64,000 bases of DNA from NCBI GenBank assembly GCA_963845755.1, contig CAWJTV010000042.1, positions 342,997 through 406,996 on the forward strand. Reading direction: 5' to 3'. Source of the stretch: an uncultured Planctomycetota bacterium. GTDB taxonomy: Bacteria; Planctomycetota; Planctomycetia; Isosphaerales; Isosphaeraceae. Made by a program: the position numbers and the translations under genes. Below, piece by piece: positions 60,057 to 64,000 of the stretch. The notes under the pieces were generated by a model. That model was not told the DNA's origin. It did not search any database and saw nothing but the letters and a program-made list of their open reading frames with translations. The first letter of the stretch is position 1; each line of letters begins with the position of its first letter.

Positions 60057-60146
60057 ATGAGGTAGGCGGCCAGCCCCTTGATCTCAAGGGAATCCAACCG
60101 CCCCCTCCCGAACCGGACAGGCACGTTTTCGTGCATCCGGCTCTCC
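60057..60146 (-). ncRNA. Group II intron domains V and VI
   Basis: AGC catalytic triad hairpin and a DVI stem with the branch-point A near the terminal AT. Confidence 0.9.
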
Positions 60147-60168
60147 AGACACAGGATCTACATTTGTG

Positions 60169-62016
60169 TCACGGTCCAACCCGGTATGCCAGGTCCGCCA
60201 GTCGGAGGCCATCATATTCTCCTCGGTGGATCTTACGGTGGCACTCTCGGCAGACGGGCACTTGCTTCCGGTTCTGGAGTCGCATCAGCCAGGCAAACCC
60301 ACCGACAGGTTTGCCCTCCATCTTTCGGATGTGACGGACGTGGTGCATCTGCACCCCGACCGTTGTTTCGCAGATGATGCATGGGTGGTCCAGGCGGGAC
60401 CTTGTCCGGAATCGGACGTGCATCTCCAGTGGGTCGGTTTGATCTCTTCCCGTTAGAAATGCCGTGGGGTTCCGGGTCCAGTCGGAGTTGGCTTTGAAGA
60501 AGGTGTTCCGTTCCTTCCCCTCGCCGTCTTTCCAGTTGAATTGCAGAGTGCGTCCGTGTTCGCAGAGGAGCTGCTTAACGGGCTTCTGCAACTTGTGGGC
60601 TAAGGTCTTCGCAAGTGACAAATGCAGGATGTACTGGATACGGCTCATGGAGGCGAAGTTGTCAGCAAACCTGTAGTAGTTCAACAGCCCCCAATTGGTG
60701 CTGTTGAACAGTTCGATGATGTGCTTCACCTCCAGGCAGACCCACGCTGTCTTGGATCGGGCGATGCCCTCACCGTCACAGAAGCCCTTCTGGTGAAGAC
60801 GCTTGACCAGTTTCCTGATCGGCGCTCGCATCAGCGGGCTCCACCCCGTACACCGGCGCCGGTAGTGCCGCCGTTGGTTGTGGCAGTGGGTAACCTTGGG
60901 CTGTGGGTTGACGGCCCCCACCTGAAGCCGCGTCCCGAGAAAGAAGGCCTCCTCGGTCTTGGCGTGAGTGACGACCGTCTTTTCCTGGCTGAGTTGCAGT
61001 TTCAGCCTGTCCCATAGGAACGCCTGAATCTCGTCCTTGATCTGTTCGGCCAGGGACCTCGGCCCCGTGACGCCGACGATCCAATCGTCTGCATATCTGA
61101 TGTATTTGACTCTGACGAAGCCAGGGTCAAACGTGTCCATCGACGGGAGAGATCGCATCTGTTTCGTCAAAGCGCGAATCTCCGGCGTCATGATCCCACC
61201 TGACCGTTTCAACGCTCGCTGCCTGCGATAGTTGATCCGGTGATACTCGGGGCTGTCCTTCCGCTTGCTGCCCTTCTCGTACTTCTGCTGTAGTCCCTCG
61301 ACGAAGAGGTCGAGTTCGTGCAGGTAGATGTTGGCGAGGATAGGGCTGGCCACGCTCCCCTGCGGGGTCCCGATAAACGAGGCCCCCGGTTCCTTCCTCC
61401 ATAGGTAGCCTGCCCGGAGTGCTTTCCAGATCAGGCCGATGAAGCGTTCGTCCGAGATCCTCTTCCGGATCAGGGAAACCAGGACGTGGTGATCGATCTC
61501 GTCGAAGCAGGATTTTATATCCCCTTCGATGATCCACGTCACACCAGACCACTTGGTCCTGAACTCATGCAGGGCCGTGTGAGTCCCTCGACCAGGCCGA
61601 AAACCATGGCTACAGTCGCTAAAGGTAGGCCCTTTCGGACTGTCGTAGATCGCTTCGAGGATCACATGGATGACCTCTTGGACGATCTTGTCCCTTGGGG
61701 ATGAGATGCCGAGAGGCCGCATCTTGCCATTTGCCTTGGGAATGTATTCCCGCCGCGAAGGCTTGAATTGGAAACCCTCGTCTCGCAGGGTCGCCACGAT
61801 GTCGTCGATGGCATCCATGGAGAACCCATCGAGAGTCATCCCGTCGGTGCCAGGAGTCAAGTTCCCGGGAGCGGATTTGATTTTCTCATACGCGACGATG
61901 TAGAGATCCGTCTTGTAGAGGAGTCGATACAGATCCGCGTTGACCCAGTTGAGGTCCGTGTTGCACTTCCGCAGTGCTTCAAGCCTGAGTAGGGCTGAAT
62001 GACTCATCCGAGTCAC
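60169..62016 (-). CDS. ltrA: Intron-encoded RT / maturase / HNH endonuclease (LtrA-like), intact
   Basis: TPGTDG, IPKANGKMRPLGI, SHGFRPGRG, EGDIKSCFD, GTPQGS, YIRYADD, YYRFADN, CIIC..HHVRH..CRECHRKIH. Confidence 0.95.
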   Translation of the reverse strand: MTRMSHSALLRLEALRKCNTDLNWVNADLYRLLYKTDLYIVAYEKIKSAPGNLTPGTDGMTLDGFSMDAIDDIVATLRDEGFQFKPSRREYIPKANGKMRPLGISSPRDKIVQEVIHVILEAIYDSPKGPTFSDCSHGFRPGRGTHTALHEFRTKWSGVTWIIEGDIKSCFDEIDHHVLVSLIRKRISDERFIGLIWKALRAGYLWRKEPGASFIGTPQGSVASPILANIYLHELDLFVEGLQQKYEKGSKRKDSPEYHRINYRRQRALKRSGGIMTPEIRALTKQMRSLPSMDTFDPGFVRVKYIRYADDWIVGVTGPRSLAEQIKDEIQAFLWDRLKLQLSQEKTVVTHAKTEEAFFLGTRLQVGAVNPQPKVTHCHNQRRHYRRRCTGWSPLMRAPIRKLVKRLHQKGFCDGEGIARSKTAWVCLEVKHIIELFNSTNWGLLNYYRFADNFASMSRIQYILHLSLAKTLAHKLQKPVKQLLCEHGRTLQFNWKDGEGKERNTFFKANSDWTRNPTAFLTGRDQTDPLEMHVRFRTRSRLDHPCIICETTVGVQMHHVRHIRKMEGKPVGGFAWLMRLQNRKQVPVCRECHRKIHRGEYDGLRLADLAYRVGP

Positions 62017-62301
62017 CCCTTTCTTGGTGAAGCCCTGTGTCCTGTCCCCCTTGGGCCGATGCCTACTACGGGGACTCTGTCGCCTTGGGCATTGCTGCCG
62101 TTAGGCGATCCCGTGGTTGTCGGTCAGGTCCGGTCCACGTTGAGGGCCTCCGTTCATCCCTTGCCCCTGCTCATTGCAGGGTGTGTCCTGCCGGAAGATC
62201 ACGGAGGTGAATGGCATGCCCCCGTGAGACAGGAATCCGGGTTTCAGCGTCATTCCCGGCGGTGATCGGTCACACCTACTGGGACTGGAGTTCAAGCAAT
62301 C

Positions 62302-63999
62302 GGGTGCAATCGCGCCGATGCCAGCGATTATGCGGCATTTGAGGTCCTTCCCTTCGCTGTAGTCCCTTGAGTCCGCATCACGAGTGTCGCCTTCGATCCC
62401 AGGTAGGATTGATACACCTCGCTCCAGACCCCGCTCAAGTGGATCACCCGTAGGTTGACGATCCACTGACCACTCTCGACTTTCCAGCTCATCCCCGACT
62501 GCTTCAGCCGCTGGGTGAACACCGTCTTGCACGCCGCCTCCGTCACCCCGCTGCCGATCGGCAAGTGATCCCGGCGATAGCGGACATAATCCAGCCAGCG
62601 CATTCGTTTTCGCAAGTAGGCGTAGGCACTGCGGTATTGCTCTCGCTTGGCTGCCGACGCGATGATCCGCCGCCGGCGCAGGGCCGCCGCCGAATGCAGG
62701 ACTCGGTAGATCCCCCGCGGCTTCTCCTTCAGCCACCGCCGCATCCGCCGCGCCCAACTCGCCCCCGCCCGCGCGTCGGAGAACAACGCCTCGGACAGCT
62801 TGGTGATGTATTCGCAGGCATGATAATAATCGATCACCCAGTGCCACTTCAGTCGTCAACCGAGGTGATGAGGATCGCTCATCCGCTTCAGCACCCGGCG
62901 ATAGTATCGGGTCTGGTGGTTGCCGCCATCGGTGATGTAGGCCAGCCGCGGCAGCGGTCCGGTCCAACCGCGAAACACCGCCTCGATCAGGGCCGTCAAT
63001 TGCCCCGACAAGACCTCCTGACCCGGCTCGGGCATCCGCCCCAGGTAGACCGTCCCCAGCCGTCGCCCCTTGCGGTCGTAGACCGAGACCGTCGCCGTGG
63101 CCCCCTCGCGGTAACAGGCCTGACCGCGGATCGGCAGCATCAGCCCGTCGCGCCCCGCGGCCAGCACCGGCCTGCGGGAGCCCGTGGACCGGTCTGCCCG
63201 TCCCAGCCAGGAGAGCAGTTGGGCGACTTGGGCCTCTTGACGGTGGACCTCCATCCCCGCCGCCACACCGGCGATCACCGCTCGCAAGGTCTCAGCCGAC
63301 CACTGCACCCCATGATCGTGGCGCAACGCCACCAGAACTGCGTCCTGAGAGGACATCACCGCCGCGTGGGTGGCCCGCTCGGCGAGGGCCGGCGTCGCCC
63401 GGCCGGACTCCAGACCGAGCTGGATCTCCAGCGGGAAGATCGAGGACTCGACGCCGTGGACGTCCTGGTACAACATCCGCCACAGCGTGATCGTGCCGAA
63501 GGTGGTGGCCACCGAGCGATTGGGGGTCTTGGAGCGGCGGCGATACCAGGTCCCGCCGGACTCGATCTGGGCGGGCATGTCCTTGCGGTCGTGAGGCTCG
63601 AGGTGGTTGAAGGTCCATTCGACGATGATCCGGCCGAGTTCGCGGAGCAACTCCTCCAATCGGGTCTCGAAGCGGTGGGCGGTTTGAGGCGTGGGGTCGG
63701 CCCGGCGGAAGTGGACGATGAGCCGCCCGAGTTCGGTGATCACCGGGACCAGGCGAGCGGTGAGCGGGAGCAAGGACGTGGCGAAATGCGTTGCTGTGAG
63801 GAGTCGGGAGCACGTAGCATGGTCCATCGAGGTGGCCTTTCCTGTTGCGAGGACAGAGCTTGTTACACACTGTCACTTCACAGGAGAGGCCCCTCGACTT
63901 TCAAGCGATCCTCTTCCCAAGGCGGCCGACTCAGGCCAAGTCAACACCGAAAACGTGGGAAAACAGGCTGAAATCCGCGGCACCAGCGCGATTGCACCC
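62302..63999 (-). mobile_element. ISKra4/ISLre2 (UPF0236)-like IS inserted in intron domain I; transposase 63827-62328 (frameshifted)
   Basis: IRs gggtgcaatcgcgc at 62302 and gcgcgattgcaccc ending at 63999; GRDG, ITDGG, IDYYHA, LPIGSGVTEAACK...RLKQSGMSW. Confidence 0.88.
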
Positions 64000-64000
64000 A

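Larger units (their letters stand above)
60057..62301 (-). mobile_element. Group II intron (IIA / ML-like), copy 1; its 5' end lies beyond the IS and outside the window
   Basis: DV GAGAGCCGGATGCACGAAAACGTGCCTGTCCGGTTCGGGAGGGG, DVI ending CCTACCTCAT at 60057; IEP ORF; DI-DIII at about 62030-62301. Confidence 0.92.

Noticed and set aside
60169..62016. Retron, DGR or defence-type RT
   Set aside because: It has maturase and HNH domains plus canonical DV/DVI, so it is a group II intron protein. No template/variable repeat pair was seen.

Overview
This GC-rich window looks like a planctomycete, probably Isosphaeraceae-like, judged from DUF1559 prepilin-like genes, an LExRxL-motif giant surface protein, Ser/Thr kinase-WD40/TPR genes and CRTAC1/ASPIC-UnbV proteins. 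Many genes are split by single-base frameshifts that look like long-read errors. From left to right it holds: a xylFGH-like sugar ABC operon interrupted by a kinase-WD40 gene; a dead VapC; a serine hydrolase; an 8.4 kb adhesin-like gene ending in an S53 protease; Ada/AlkA-Ogt repair genes; a MNT-HEPN pair; lpdA; a DUF1559/lipoprotein/TPR/CRTAC1 cluster; and a mobile-element-rich right third. The best signal is a layered parasite system. IS4-type MITEs insert into a short hairpin target (GCTTCG-N11/12-CGAAGC). A IIA/ML-type group II intron (one RT-bearing copy plus two 5' fragments) then homes into the IS4 terminal inverted repeat at GAATGG^CACTAGCTT. Its EBS1/delta and EBS2 loops are visibly complementary to the IS end and to the IS target sequence. 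Two of the intron copies are in turn hit by IS5 and ISKra4/ISLre2-like elements. Separately, a Mutator-like IS sits exactly in the programmed-frameshift A-tract of an IS630. Family assignments come from motif recognition only; no searches were run.
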